The translations under genes and the position numbers were made by a program. A DNA stretch of 64,000 bases from Mobula hypostoma (taxonomy: Eukaryota): assembly GCF_963921235.1 (NCBI RefSeq), contig NC_086109.1, positions 20,710,001-20,774,000 of the forward strand, in the 5' to 3' direction. Positions 12,951 to 26,103 of the stretch are shown one piece after another. Under the pieces are notes generated by a model. The model was given only the letters and a program-made list of their open reading frames with translations. It was not told where the DNA came from and searched no databases. Each line of letters begins with the position of its first letter. Positions within the stretch are counted from its first letter, which is position 1.

Positions 12951-13054
12951 TTTTAGCCCATCACCCCTTCTCTTTCCCCACCCTATCTTCCCAATCTGCC
13001 CATCACCCATGCATATCCTTCTGGTTCCCCTCTTCACCTCCTTCCATTTAAACT

Positions 13055-15890
13055 TGGTTGAGAGAGGGGCAGGAATGGGTGATTAATATACCAGCTGTTC
13101 GATGTTTTAGAAAAGAGAGAGGAGAAGGTAAAAGAGAGAGAGAATTGCACTACTAATCAGAGAAACTATCACAGCTGCATTCATGGGATACATAATAGAG
13201 GGGTCAGACACTAAGCCCATTTGATGGAACTCAGGAATAGGAAGGGTGCAATCACACTGATGGGATTGTACTACAAACCCTCTAATACCCACCGGAACAT
13301 TGAGCACCAGGTATGTAATCAGATTAAGGAAATGTGTAAAAATAATAAGGTTTTTGTCATGGGGGGGATTTCAACTTCCTTAATATAAACTGGGGCCTTC
13401 TTAGTGTAAGGGGTTAGATAGGGCAGAATTTAATAAATGTATCCAGGAAGGTTTACTAAATCAATGGTCCAACAAGAGGAGGGGCTGAACTGGACCTTGT
13501 GTTGGATAATGAACCTGGAAAGGTGACTGACTTTCCCGTGGGTAAACAGTTAAGGAACAGTGTCCACAATTCCTTAACTTGCAAGAGAGCAATAGAGAAG
13601 GATAGGTATGGTTCATGTGAGAGAATTTTTTTTTTATTATTTCAAAATATACTTTATTCAAAAATAAATATATGCAATAAACCATTCAATAACTTGTCAT
13701 CCTTTACATACGTTTCCATTATACTCGGTACATATCCGCATTTATAGCCACCCACGTGGCACTCCAGTAGTTCAGCTTAGCATATCATTGTTGAGGGGTA
13801 TACTCCCCGCCCACCGACCCCTCCCACTCCCACGGGTGGAGAAACCTATACTGTGGTCCTTTCCCACCAGGCCCTTGCGGTGGCTGCACCGAGTTTCAAT
13901 GCGTCCCTCAGCACGTACTCCTGCAGCCGAGAATTTTAAATTGGAGTGGGGCAAATTATGAGGACATTAGGCAGAAACTAAGAAGCATTAATTGGGATAA
14001 TCTTTTCTCTGGCAAGTCCACATCAGACATGTGGTGGGTGTTTAAAGATCAATTGCACAGAGTGCAGGAAAGGTATGTTCCTGTTAGAAGGAAGGATGGG
14101 GATGGAAAGATAAGAGAACCTTGGATGTCCAGAGAGGTGATGAATTTAGTCAAGAAGAAAAAGGAAAAGTATGTAAATCTTCAGAAGTTAAGATCAAACA
14201 AAGCACATGAAGAGTATAAGTAAGTCAGAGGAGAATTAAAGAAGGGAATCAGGAAGGGCTATGAAAAATCTTTGGCAAGTAGGATTAAGGTGTATTCCAA
14301 GGCATTCTATATGTATGTCAAGAGCAAGAAGATAACTGGGGATAAAAGGGGGAACATTTGATTGGATGCAGATAATGTGAGTGAGATACTTAATGAGTAC
14401 TTTGCTTCAGTATTTACCAAGGAAAAGGATATGAAGGACCAGGAGATCAGTGCTCAGTGTATTAATATGTTAGGGCATTTAGAAGTCAAGGAAGAAGAAG
14501 TGTTGGGCCTCCTAATGACTTAAGTGGGTAAGTCCCCAGGGCCTGATGGGATTTTCAGCAGGTTATTGAAGAAGGCAAAAGACAAGATTGCTGAGCCTTT
14601 GACCAGTATCTTTGTGTCCTCTCTTGCCACAAGTCAGGTCCCGGAGGACTGGTGACTGGCTAATATTCTACCTCTATTTAAGAAGGGAACAAGGGAAAAT
14701 CCTGGGAACCAGAGACTGGTGAGTGTCAAGTCTGTTGTAGGAAAATTGCTGGAGAAAATTCTTAGGGACAGCATATATGAGCATTTGGAAACCCATGGCC
14801 TAATTAAGAAGAGCCAGCATGGATTTGTGCATGGCAGGTCATGCCTTACCAAATTTTGAAAAGGTGACAAGAGAGATTGATGAGAGTAAGGCAGTGAATG
14901 TTATCTGCATAGATTTTAATAAGGTGTTTGACAAAGTCCCTCACAGGAGGCTAATTCAGAAGATTAAGATGCACGGTGTCCGCAGTGAATTGTCTGCTTG
15001 GATTTAGAACAGGCTTGTGCATAGAAGACAGAGATTAGTGGTTAAAGGGACTTATTTGAACTGAAGGTCTGTAATTAGTGGTGTTCCGCAGGGACCTATG
15101 CTGGGACCTCTGCTGTTTCTGATGTATATAAATGAGCTGGGTGAAAATGTAGATGGGTGGGTTAGTAAATTTGCTGATGATACCAAGATTGTTGGAATTG
15201 TGGATAGTGTAGAAGACTGGCAAAAAATACAGCATGATATACATCAGTTGCAGATATGGACTGAGAAATGGCAGATGACCCAGATAATTGTGGGGTGATG
15301 CACCTCAGTAGGACAAATGCATGGAGACATAACACTATTAAGGGTAAGATCATTAACAGTGTTGCTGAGCAGAAAGATCTTGGGGTCCAAGTTCATAGCT
15401 CCTTGAAAGTGGCTACACAGGTTGATAAGGTAGTTAAAAAGGCTTATGGAATGCTTGCTTTTATTAGTTGAGGCATTGAGTTCAAAAGTCAGGAGGTTAT
15501 GTTGCAAGTTTATAAGACTCTGGTTAGGCCACATTTGGAGTACTGCATACAGTTCTGGTTGCCCTAGGCAGGATGTTGAGGTTTTAGAGAGTGTGCAGAA
15601 GAGGTTTACCAGAATGCTGCCTCATTTAGAGGACATGTGCTATCACGAGAGACTGGATAAACTTGGGTTGTTTTCTCTGGAGCACCAGAGGCTGAGGGGA
15701 GATCAGATAGAGGTTTATAAGACTATGAGAAGCATAGATAGAGTAGACAGGGAGTATCTGTTTCTCAGGGTTGAAATCCATAATACCAGAGGGCATGCAT
15801 TGAAGGTGAGAGGGATAGGTTCAAGGGGAATGTGAGGGATAAGTTTTTTACTCAGAGAGTTATAGATGCCTGGAACATGCTGCCTGATAT
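13055..15890 (+). mobile_element. CR1 LINE ORF2 remnant (endonuclease end plus RT), disabled
   Basis: Motifs DFNKVFDKVPH, LGPLLFLMYIN, SKFADDTKI, QKDLGVQVH and LESVQKRFTRML, with many stops and frameshifts. Confidence 0.92.
13630..13928 (-). mobile_element. 5'-truncated Tx1/L1-clade LINE 3' end inserted in the CR1
   Basis: Minus strand reads RLQEYVLRDALKLGAATARAWWERTTV*, then a 3'UTR with AATAAA and an A-rich tail. TSD GAGAATTTT at 13621-13629 and 13929-13937, at a TTTT/AA site. Confidence 0.75.
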
Positions 15891-15892
15891 GG

Positions 15893-16400
15893 TACAGTCA
15901 ACATTTTGGGCCAAGACCCTTCATCAGGTTTGGAAAGAGAGTGGAGAAGTAAAAGCAATCAGGTTGGGGCAAGGGAGGAAGCAGTACAAGGTGGTAGGTG
16001 ATAGGTGAAACTGGGAGGGAGGAGGGGCGTAGTAAAGAGCTGGAAAGCTGATTCGTGAGAGAGATAAAGGACTGGAGGAGAGGGAATCTGATAGGAGAGG
16101 ATTGAAGTCCATGGAAGAGAGGGAAGGGGGAGGAGCACCAGGGGGAGGTGATGGGCAGGTAAGAGAGGGAAACAGAAATGAGAAATGTTAAAGGGACAGC
16201 AGTTACCAGAAGTTTGAGAAATCAATGTTCATGCCTTCAAGTTGGAGGCTAACCAGAAGGAATACAAGGTGTTGTTCCTCCAACCTGAGTGTGGTCTCAT
16301 CTGAATGTGGATCTACCTATTACACGTTAGCTCTTGCTCCACCGGTCTCTTCCCCCCGCACCCCCCCCCCAACCTTTTAATGCTGGCTATCTCCACTCTT
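15893..16400 (-). mobile_element. Decayed Penelope element (terminal segment plus GIY-YIG C-terminus); the inverted arm is split by later LINE insertions and resumes at 18358-18430 and 18709-18740
   Basis: Hammerhead-like motif at 15895-15930; homolog of RLEEQHLxF.L.SLQ..GMNIDFSNF at about 16205-16300. Confidence 0.7.
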
Positions 16401-18357
16401 TGAACCTCTTACATGGGATTCTGGATAGGTTTGTCCCACTGAGACAGATAAAAGATAGTAGGATAAAGGAACTATGATTGACAAGAGAAGTAGAACATTT
16501 AATCAAGAGGAAAAAGGAAGTATACTTAAGGTTTAGGAAGCAAAAATCAGAAAGCACTCTTATAAGAAAATGGACTTAGGAGAACTAGCATGGAACATGA
16601 GGAAACCTTTTTGAGTCAACTAAGCAAAACCCCAAGGTATCCTACATGTACGTGAAGAACAGGAGGAAGACTATGATGAGGGCAGGACTGCTGGGTGATA
16701 AATAAGGAAATGTACCTGAAGCGGAGGAGGGAAGGGAAGGCCTTCATGAATACTTTGCTTCAGTGTTCACTAGGGATAGGCACTTTGATGAATGTGAGGC
16801 CTGTGTAGAACACACTAATGTGCTGGAGCATATTGAGCTTATGAAAGAGGTAGTGTTGGAGCTTCTGAAAAACATTAGGATCAACAAGTCCCCGGGGCTG
16901 GATGGGATGTACCCCAAGTCATTAGGAGAAGTGAGGGAAAAGATTTCTGGAGCATAGATAATGATCTTTGTGTCCTTCTTGACCATAGGAATGATATCAG
17001 AGGATTGGAGGATGGCTAATGTTCCATTGTTCAAGGAAGGTAACAGGAATAATTCTGGGAATTATAGACCAATGAGTCTTATGTCAGTGGTGGGCAAGTT
17101 ATTGGAGATGATTCTTAGGAACAGGATTTAAGAACATTTGGAGAAGCATAGCCTTATTAGGGATAGTCAGCATGGCTTTGTGAGGGGCAGGCTGTGCCTT
17201 ACAAGGTTAATTGAGTTTCTTGAGGAGGTGACAAAACACATTGAGGCAGGTAGAGTGGTGGATGCAGTGTATATGGATTTTAGTAAGGTGTTTGACAAGG
17301 TTCTCCCTGGTAGGCTCATTCAGAAAGTAATGAGCCATGGGATCCATGGAAATTTGGCTAGATGGATTTGGAAGTGGCTTGCCCACAGAAGGCAGATAGT
17401 GGTAGTAAAGAGAGCTTATTTTCCCTGGATGTCCGTGACTAGTGGTTTGCAGGGATCTGCTCTAGGGCTCCTGCTCTTTGCAATTTTTATAAATAGCCTG
17501 GATGAGTAAGTGGAAGATTGGGTTAGCAAGTTGGCAGATCCTCAAAAGTGGCAGTGTTGTGAATAGTGAAGAATTTTGTCATAGGTTACAATGGAATATA
17601 GGCAAGATGCAGATTTGGACAAATGGTATTCAATCTGGAAAATTGTGAAGTAATACATTTTAGAAAGTAGAAAGCAGAATACAGGGTTCATGGAGGAACA
17701 GGGGGATCTTTAGATGTCCATGGGTCTCACAGAGTTGATAGAGTGATTAAGATGTATGGTGTGTTGGCCTTAATTAGTCAGGGAATTGATGTCAAGTGTT
17801 GTAAGGTAACGTTGCAACCTTATAATGCAACTTTTATAACTTTGTTTTGACCTCACTTAGAGTATCATTCTTAGTAGTGTGTCCTTTTGTGTTCTTTTCT
17901 GCCTCATTATAGGAAGGATGTGGAGACTTTAGAGAGGGTGCAGAGGAGATTCACCAGGATGCTGCTGGATTAGAGGAAAGATTGAGCAAACTAGGGTTTT
18001 TCTCTTTGGAGCAACAGAGAATGAGAGATGATTTGTGTATAAATATATGAGGAACGTAGATAGAGTGGATAGCCAACACCTTTTCCCTAGGGCAGCAATG
18101 GCTAATGCCAGAGAATATCTGTTTAAGGTGAGCAGAGGAGAGTATATGAAAGATGTCAGAAATAGGTTTTTTTTTCGCACGGAAGCTGATACAATAGAGG
18201 CATTTAAAAGACTCTTAGATAGGTGCAACAATATAATAAAAATGGAGCATTGTGGCAGTTTAGGAGGAAAAAGTTAGATTGATGAGGAGTAGGTTTATGT
18301 ACTGTAGGTCAGCACAATATTGTGGGTTGAAAGGGCCCATACTGTCCTGTTCTATGT
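16400..18357 (+). mobile_element. CR1 LINE ORF2 remnant through to the 3' end
   Basis: KSPGLDGMYP, SQHGFVRGR and YMDFSKVFDKV motifs; 3' end GGGCC...CTGTTCTATG. Confidence 0.9.
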
Positions 18358-19374
18358 CCTTTCTGTCCAGTCTTGATGATGGGTCTCTGTCTAAAAAGTT
18401 GACTGTCTGTTTCCCTCCATAGGTGCTGCCTCATCCACTTTATACTTTATTGTCGCCAAACAATCGATACTAGAACGTACAATCATCACAGCGATATTTG
18501 ATTCTGCACTTCACGCTCCCTGGAGTACAAATCGATAGTAAATATTAAAAATTTAAATTATAAATCATAAATAGAAATTAGAAAAGGGAAAGTAAGATAG
18601 TGCAAAAAACCGAGAGACAGGTCCGGATATTTGGAGGGTATGGCCCGGATCCAGGTCAGGATCCGTTCAGCAGTCTTATCACAGTTGGAAAGAAGCTGTT
18701 CCCAAATCTACTGAGTTTGTCCAGCATTTTGTGTACTGCATGCCACCAATTCATGTTTTACTATCTGCCTGTGCAAGACATGAATGTTAGTCACTTCTTG
18801 CAACAGGAATTACCAATTATCAAAGGACAGAGCTCTGGAGGAATGCATTGTATTTAGCAACACACCCAGAAATATACAGCTGATTCACAAGAACACAAAT
18901 CTGTGGATCATAAGACAGTAGATGAGGTCCTAATGTACAATGGTTTGCCAGTTTAGTCACAAGTAAGAGGCATAACTATTAGAAATGTACAAAGTTTGTA
19001 TGTGAAATTCATGATATATAACTTCCATTATGGGATTTTCTTTTAACAGAAATGCTAAAACAATTACTTGCTAAAAGTAAGATACAATTATCTTTTCCCA
19101 ATAAAATTGTTCGTGAGCGCTATATCTAACAATGGAATTGTGCTCTGGTTTAATTAACTCATTACTAAAAACACGACAAGGGTTTCCTTCAGTCTTTGGC
19201 TTTGTTCATCGGAAGTGGGTTTTGCTGGCAAGGTGCATATTTATTGATTGATAATTTATTTATTGATAATCACAAATTACAGTTGAGAAGATTATTCTTT
19301 TTGAAATTGTATTCCTTGAAAATTTGGTTAACAATAAGACCCATGACATAAATTATCTCACTTAACATTAGTAA

Positions 19375-20030
19375 CTCGTTCTTCTTTAGCCAGAGAGTGG
19401 TGAATCTGTGGAATTCTTTGCCACATGCAGCTATGGAAGCCAAGTCCTTATGTATATTTAAGGTAAAGTTTGATAGATTCTTGATTGTTCAGGGCATGAA
19501 GGGATACGAGGAGAAGGCACGAGATTGGGGCTGAGAGGGAAATGGATCAGCCTTGATGAAATGGTAAAGTAGACTCAATGGGCCAAATGGCCTAATTCTG
19601 CTCCTATATCTTATGGTCTTAACTTATCAGATACCAAAATTTTCACAGTATTCATTAAACACCCTGGGTGAGCTAACTTCTGGGACTAATATATTTCATG
19701 AGGTAAAGATGCTTCCACAGTGCCTTTAAATAGAGGCATAGAGACATGGAATCATACAGCACAGAAAGAGGCCTTTTGGCTTAAATGGTCCATGTCCCAT
19801 CCAAACTAGTCCCTAATGCCAGTGTTTTGCCCATAATTCTGTAAAGCTTTCTAATCCATATACGTGTCCAACTGTCTTTTAAAAGGTGCTATTGTACCTG
19901 CCTCAATTACTTCATCAGGCAGCACATCCTACATACAGTACATTCCATGCTCTGGATAACACAAGTTGTTCTTCAAATTCCTCTTAAATCCTTTTGTCTC
20001 ACCTTAAACCTATGCCCTGTAGTTCTTGTT
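19375..20030. mobile_element. Two CR1 3'-end fragments (plus at about 19375-19620, minus at about 19738-20030)
   Basis: CAGAGAGTGGTGAATCTGTGGAA and GGGCCAAATGGCCT tail motifs; CATAGA/CATGGAA terminal repeats. Confidence 0.75.
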
Positions 20031-20949
20031 CCAGGAAGCTGACTAGCAATGAAGAGGAAGAGTGATCCAACTCCAAGTCAAGATGGGCTGCGACATGAAG
20101 GGAAACTTTAAATGGTAGCATTTGACTTGACCTTTCTACTTTTGAAGAACCCTTGGCAAATTCCTGCAATGTATCTTGCATGTGGAACAAACTGCAGCCA
20201 AGGTATCCAGTGGTCGATATTGTGGAAGTTTCAGATTGAGAGGTACAGTACTCATGGGTTGAAATGGGTCCTGATGAAGGAACGTTTACGTTCCTCCGTC
20301 AAAAACATTGACTGTTTGTTCATTTCCAAAGATGCTGCCTGACCTATTGAGTTCCTCCAGTATTTTGTGTGTCTTATTCTGGATATGCAGAATCTATTGT
20401 GTTTATCACCTGCTTCTTTCTGGATGGGGTTGAGCTTTGAGAGCGTTCTGGAAGTAGCACTCATTCGGGCCATTGGACAGTATCTCGTCATATCTCATTT
20501 AGATCATGCAAAGAACTTTATGGCTTAGGTCAGCGACTTCCTTGCTTTGTCACCTCAGCACTTATGTGCCTGGTCTGCTTTAATCTCTGATCAATGGGGA
20601 CTCACTCCCAGGGTGTTAATTGGTTGCTGTGATGGTATTGTGTTTGAGTGTCAATGGCCACTGGTCACATTCATAGACTGGAGGAGGTTGTTGCCTCTAA
20701 TCTCTGTTGCATGAAAGCTGCTCATCAACCTGATTATTGTCAACATGATTTGCTTCACTATTTGAGGAACTATGAATAGAACTGAACACCGTAAATAGCT
20801 GTGAACATTCCTACGATTGATGTTATGATTGAGGAAATAATATTATGAAAGTTGTTGAATTGAGAAACTCCAGCAGAAATAGCCTGTGATGTCACAGATT
20901 ATAGATTCATCTGTGTCCAGCCTTATCCACCTGCTGATGAATACACCCA

Positions 20950-21498
20950 CCTGGTTAGACCACACTCGGAATATTGTGCTCAGTTCTGGTCGCCTCATTA
21001 TATGAAGGATGTGGAAGCTTTAGAGAGGGTGCAGAGGAGATTCACCAGAATGCTGCCTAGAATAAAGGGCGTGTCTTTATGAAAATAAGTCGACTGAGCT
21101 AGGACTTTTCTCTTTGGAGCGAAGGAGGATGAGAGGTGACTTGATAGAGGAATGCAAGATGATAAGAGGCATAGATCAAGTGCATAACCAGAAACTTTTT
21201 CCCAGGGTAGGAATGGCGATTACAAGGGGGCATAATTTTAAGGAGATTGGAAGAAAGTATAGAGGAGATGTCAAAGGTAAGTTCTTTACACAAAGTAGTG
21301 GTACTTTGAATGCTCTGCCAAGGGGAGTGGGGCAGCAGATACATTAGGGACATATAAAAAAACTCTTGCATAGATAGGCACATGGATGATAGAAAAAAAG
21401 GAGGGTTATGTGGGAGGGAAGGATTAGATTAGGTTAGAAAAGGTCAGCACAACATCGTGGGCTAAAGGACCTGTACTATACAGTAATGTTCTATGTTC
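20950..21498 (+). mobile_element. CR1 LINE 3' fragment
   Basis: HSEYCAQFWSP and ERRRMRGDLIE motifs; ends in TGTTCTATGTTCTA. Confidence 0.88.
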
Positions 21499-21689
21499 TA
21501 AATGTTAATGGCACAATAGACCAAACCTTTAATTCCAAAGAGAAGTATCTGGAGTAAGAAAAACCGAGAGGTGAGCATGCTACTAACCGAGCCACCTTTC
21601 CTATATGGAACGAGCTGGAGGGTTGATTGGTGAGTGCTACCAGACAATGAGCTACAGTAAATATCCTTCTGCCCTGTTTTATCAATTTA

Positions 21690-24600
21690 TTATTCTTTAC
21701 TGAAGACTGTCTGGTTTGGTCCTTATCCGCTCACAATGTACAAAAACTACAGCAAACTGTCAGATCAGCAGGAAAGGTCATTGGCTACAGTCTCAGTCTA
21801 CAATCACTGTATGCGTCCAAGACAAAGAAGCAACCAGGAAAAATCACTGTGGATACTAACCATCTTATAAAGTGACTTTTCCAGAAGTTCTCTCCTGGAA
21901 AGTGCTTTAGAGCTATAAAAACAAAACCCACACCATCTTAAAAGTTTCTTCCCCCGGGCATTTAATCTGATCAACCATTTTAGTTAGCCCACCACTCCTC
22001 TCTATCTGCACTTTAAACCACTTTTTATAATGCTGTTTATGTTGTAAATACATGCTAACTCTATATAATTCTTTATTCTTTATAATTGTTGAATGTTTTC
22101 CTTGCATGTCGCAATACAACACAGCAAATTCCTAACCACGTACTGTAAATGTATACAGCGAATAACATTGATCCTTGATGTCAATCCTTAGCCCCTGACA
22201 TTGTTATCATCAATCTTTCCACCCTTTCAAGAAGGCGGAAGCCTGGGGATTCATGGAATGTGAACACTGCTGCTTAAATGTTTTTCTTGGGGTTGGATTT
22301 GGAATAAGAGTTCCTCTTGCCAAAATACAATACAGTGAGAGAGATGAATAATATTCAGATATGAATTCTATAAAGAGCCCTGCTCTGGCACTGTATCGAT
22401 CCATGTAGAATAATCAGATCCAGAGCAATATTGGCTGCAATAGGTAAATCTTCTGGGGAATGTTTAATGCTGCTCCAACATACTAAGTGGGAAAAGTGCT
22501 GATTGATTTTATTACTGAATTATACAGCTCTAATTATGAGATTGTCCTATTTTTCTTCCTAACTCTCTATTACTATTTTAAATGTTAAATACATGATCAT
22601 TCAATGTTCTCAAAATGGAAGAAATGTGTCCAAAGTTCTAATTCTGGTAAATGAGCATTGTAAATTATTTTAAAAAATCAAGATTCAAGATTGTTTATTG
22701 TCATTCTTCAGTACACTAATGTAAAGGAGAACAAAGTGATTGTTATCCTGGATCTGATACAGCATGATAAATGCAATAAGCATAAAGAACACAAAATCAC
22801 ACACCATAAATATAAATATCAAAGCAATTGCATAAAGCACAATACACAAGTAACTGTGAAATACATGGACCGTTTTGAGTCCAGTCGTTCTGGCATGGAT
22901 GTTGTGTAGCCTCTTCCTTGATGGAAGTGTGACAAACAATTCAAGAGCAGAGTGGGTGGGATCCTTCACAATATTGCTGATATGTGATACACTGAACCGA
23001 ACTTCAAATGGAATCTTTTAAAGGCAGTAAATTATTGAAGTATGACCTCAGTATTCCAACCCAGTTTAAATTCAGCATCCGATTATTCCATTTTGTTCCT
23101 ATACTCTATGCTTATTTCTGTACCAAGGAAACCAAATATCTTTGTTCGTCCAAAGGTCAGGTCATAGGCATTCTCATCCCATGACCAAGAAAGTTATAGG
23201 ATGTCCAGGTACAATCTTCTGAAGGCCATCTCACAGGCGAAATGCCAATTCTAAACTAGACTTGAATCAACTGAAGATGCTTGACAGTTGTGGAAGGGCT
23301 TGAATGCTAGCACCTCTTATAAAGTAAAATCAAGCGACATGGACAACACCAGGGCTTTGCTTCCAGATGAGCTCAAGCCTTTTATGCTTACTTTGACCAT
23401 CAAAACATGGGGGAACTATCACAAACTCCTGTAGCACCTGATGATCCTGTGATTTCAGTCTATGAGGCTGAAATGCTTCAGGAGGATGAACCCACGAGCA
23501 GCATTTGGCCCAGGAGGGGTACCTGCCCAACCTGTGCTGATCAACCAGCTAGATTGACAAACTTCTATAGACATTGTCACAGGAAAGCAGCATCCATCAT
23601 CAGGGTCCCCCACCACCAAGGCCATGCTCTCTCCCCACTGCTGCCATCAGGAAGAAGGAACAGGAGCCTCAGGACTCACACCACCAGGTTCAGAAGCAGT
23701 TATTGCCCCTCAGCCATCTTGAACCAACGGGGATAACTTCACTCAACTGCACTTGCCCCATCATTGAAATCTTCCCACAACCTATAGACTCACTTTCAAG
23801 GACTCTTTGTCTCATTAGAATCAGGTTTCAATATTAATTGCTTACTTATTTATTATTATTATTTCTCTCTTTTTGTATTTGCACAGTTTGTCTTTTGCAC
23901 ACTGATTGAATGCCCAACTAGGTATAGTCTTTTATTGATTCTATTATAGTTACTAGTCTATTTTTGATTTATTGAGTATGCCCACAAAAAATTAATCTCA
24001 GCTTTGTATATGGTGATATACAGTATATATGTTTCCTTAAGGTTGCTATAGCTGGGGGTGGTAATGGGGACCAGCTCCCACTACCTATTAAATGCTCCCA
24101 ATGGTGTTCACTTCAAGTAGCCTCTGACAACCAAGCCCATCTCCTGGCCATCACGTGTGGCTTAGCTACTAGGCCCAGCAGAACCAGAGAAGGGGCAAAG
24201 GCAGGTTACTGGTGCCTTAAAACCAGTTGCTCTGGGCAAATGGGGCTCTTCAGCCATGGTTGGCAGCTCACCTAGGAAAAGAAAAACTCTGATCTCAAAC
24301 CTCCGCTGCCTTGTGGCTATACCCACTCATGGGGAAGACTTTGGGAGTAAACCCCGAGGGAATAATCCGGAACTGGAGTCCTAAAGGCAATCCTACATTG
24401 AGTTAAATGCTGACTATCAACTCCTGCGACGCTGCTGGTACCAAACTACATTGGTCTCCGCTGTTCCTTTGGGTTCATCAGATGCGTGGAGAGGGGAAGC
24501 TTGTTACATGGGCAACAGCTTGCTCTCCATATTGTACTGCCCAGGCTTGCTTATCTAGACAGCTAGGACACAATATCCATGGTCCACTCTGACCAACGGA

Positions 24601-26020
24601 GGCTAACAGTATACTTTGATTATAAGCTTACTTTGAACTTTGAAGCTATGCATTGGTCATTATTTTCCAAATATACCAATTTCTTTGAATCCTAAATTGG
24701 ATGAGTTCACACTTCCCCAGATTGAACTCCTTTTCCTCAAACCCTGTCAGGTTCACATGTACCTCTGTAACTTGATGCTCGCACATAAATAATTTGTTCC
24801 TTCTCATCTGGATGTTAGAGGGGAGAACTACAAATGTATAATGATTATATTTGTAGAAAATGAGCTGTGTGGTGTATAAGCTCAACTGTGAAGGTATATA
24901 TATATTTTTTGCTTTTCTTGAGACAGAGCGGGACCTACTTGCACAGACTGATACTATAGCTCATGAACAGATCAATTAACAGGCTCAGCCACACGTAATT
25001 TCAATTCCATTGCCTCATTGTGAAGCTGCCACTCATTGTTTTGTACGTCACCAAAGACGCTTGCAAATTTCTGCAGCGGTCTGGTTGAGAGCATTCTGAC
25101 CACGTCACTTCCTGGCATGGAATCTCTGATGCACAGGATTGAAAGAGGCTGCAGCCAGTTGTGGTCTCAGCTGTCTCTATCACGGGCACAGTCCTCCCAG
25201 CAACTTCAAAAGGCAATGCCTCAAAAAGGAGGCATCCATTATTAAGGACTCACAGCATCTGGGACATGCCCTTTGCTCATTACTACCATCAAGGAAGAGG
25301 TGCGCACTCAATGATTCAGGAACAGCTTCTTCCCCTCCGGCATCAGGTTTCCAAATGGTCCTTAAAGCCACGAACACTACCTCACTATGTCTCTCTTGCT
25401 CTATTTATTTATTGTAACTCATAGTATTTCTTTCTATGTGCCTTGCACTCTACTGCTGCCTCAAAACAACAGATTTCACGACATACGTCAGTGACACTTG
25501 CAAATGTACGAATGTACCATGGAGAGCATTCTAACTGAATGCATCACCTTCCGGTATGGGGGGTGGGGGCGGAGGGGGCTACTGCACCAGATCGAAATAA
25601 GCTGCAGAGAGTTGTAAACTTAGTCAGCTCTATCATGGGCACTGGCCTCTGAAGTACCCAGGACACCTTCAAGGAGCAATGCCTCAAAAAGGCAGCGTCC
25701 ATCTTTAAGGACACCCACCACCCAGGGCATGGTACCATCAGGTAGGAGGTACAGAAGCCTGAAGGCACACACACAGTGATTCAGGAACAGCTTCTTCCCC
25801 TCTGCCATCAGATTTCTGAATGGACATTGAACCCGTGAACACTACCTCACTACTTTATTTGTTTTTGCACTACTTACTTAATTTAACTATTTAATATATA
25901 TTTACTGTAACTCACAGTTTTGTTTCTCTTGGTTATTATGTATTGCATGGTTCTGCTGCTGCAAAGTTAACAAGTTTCACGACATATGCCGGTGATAGTA
26001 AACCTGATTTTTATTCTGAA
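21690..26020. mobile_element. Cluster of Rex/Babar-like LINE 3' fragments (about 21700-22180 +, 22680-22975 -, 23100-24025 +, 25010-25495 +, 25500-26018 +)
   Basis: Repeated KAASII.D.HHPGHALFSLLPSGRRY...TTRFRNS-type C-termini and shared 3'UTRs. Confidence 0.75.
24030..24610 (+). mobile_element. Non-autonomous RTE-5'UTR-like element inserted in the tail of a Rex-like LINE
   Basis: Interrupts the tail GTATATGGTGATATA...TACTTTGAT; contains AAACCCCGAGGG...TCCGGA-type RTE leader motifs. The family assignment is tentative. Confidence 0.45.
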
Positions 26021-26084
26021 TTATACACCTGATTTTGCTGGCTCAGGAACCAATGACTTATCCCTGTGCTTCCATTGCATCACA

Positions 26085-26103
26085 TGGCCACTAGAGGGAA
26101 CAA
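26085..26103 (+). promoter_or_regulatory. Candidate CTCF binding site
   Basis: TGGCCACTAGAGGGAACAA, close to the CTCF core CCASYAGRKGGC, in apparently non-repetitive sequence. Confidence 0.45.
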
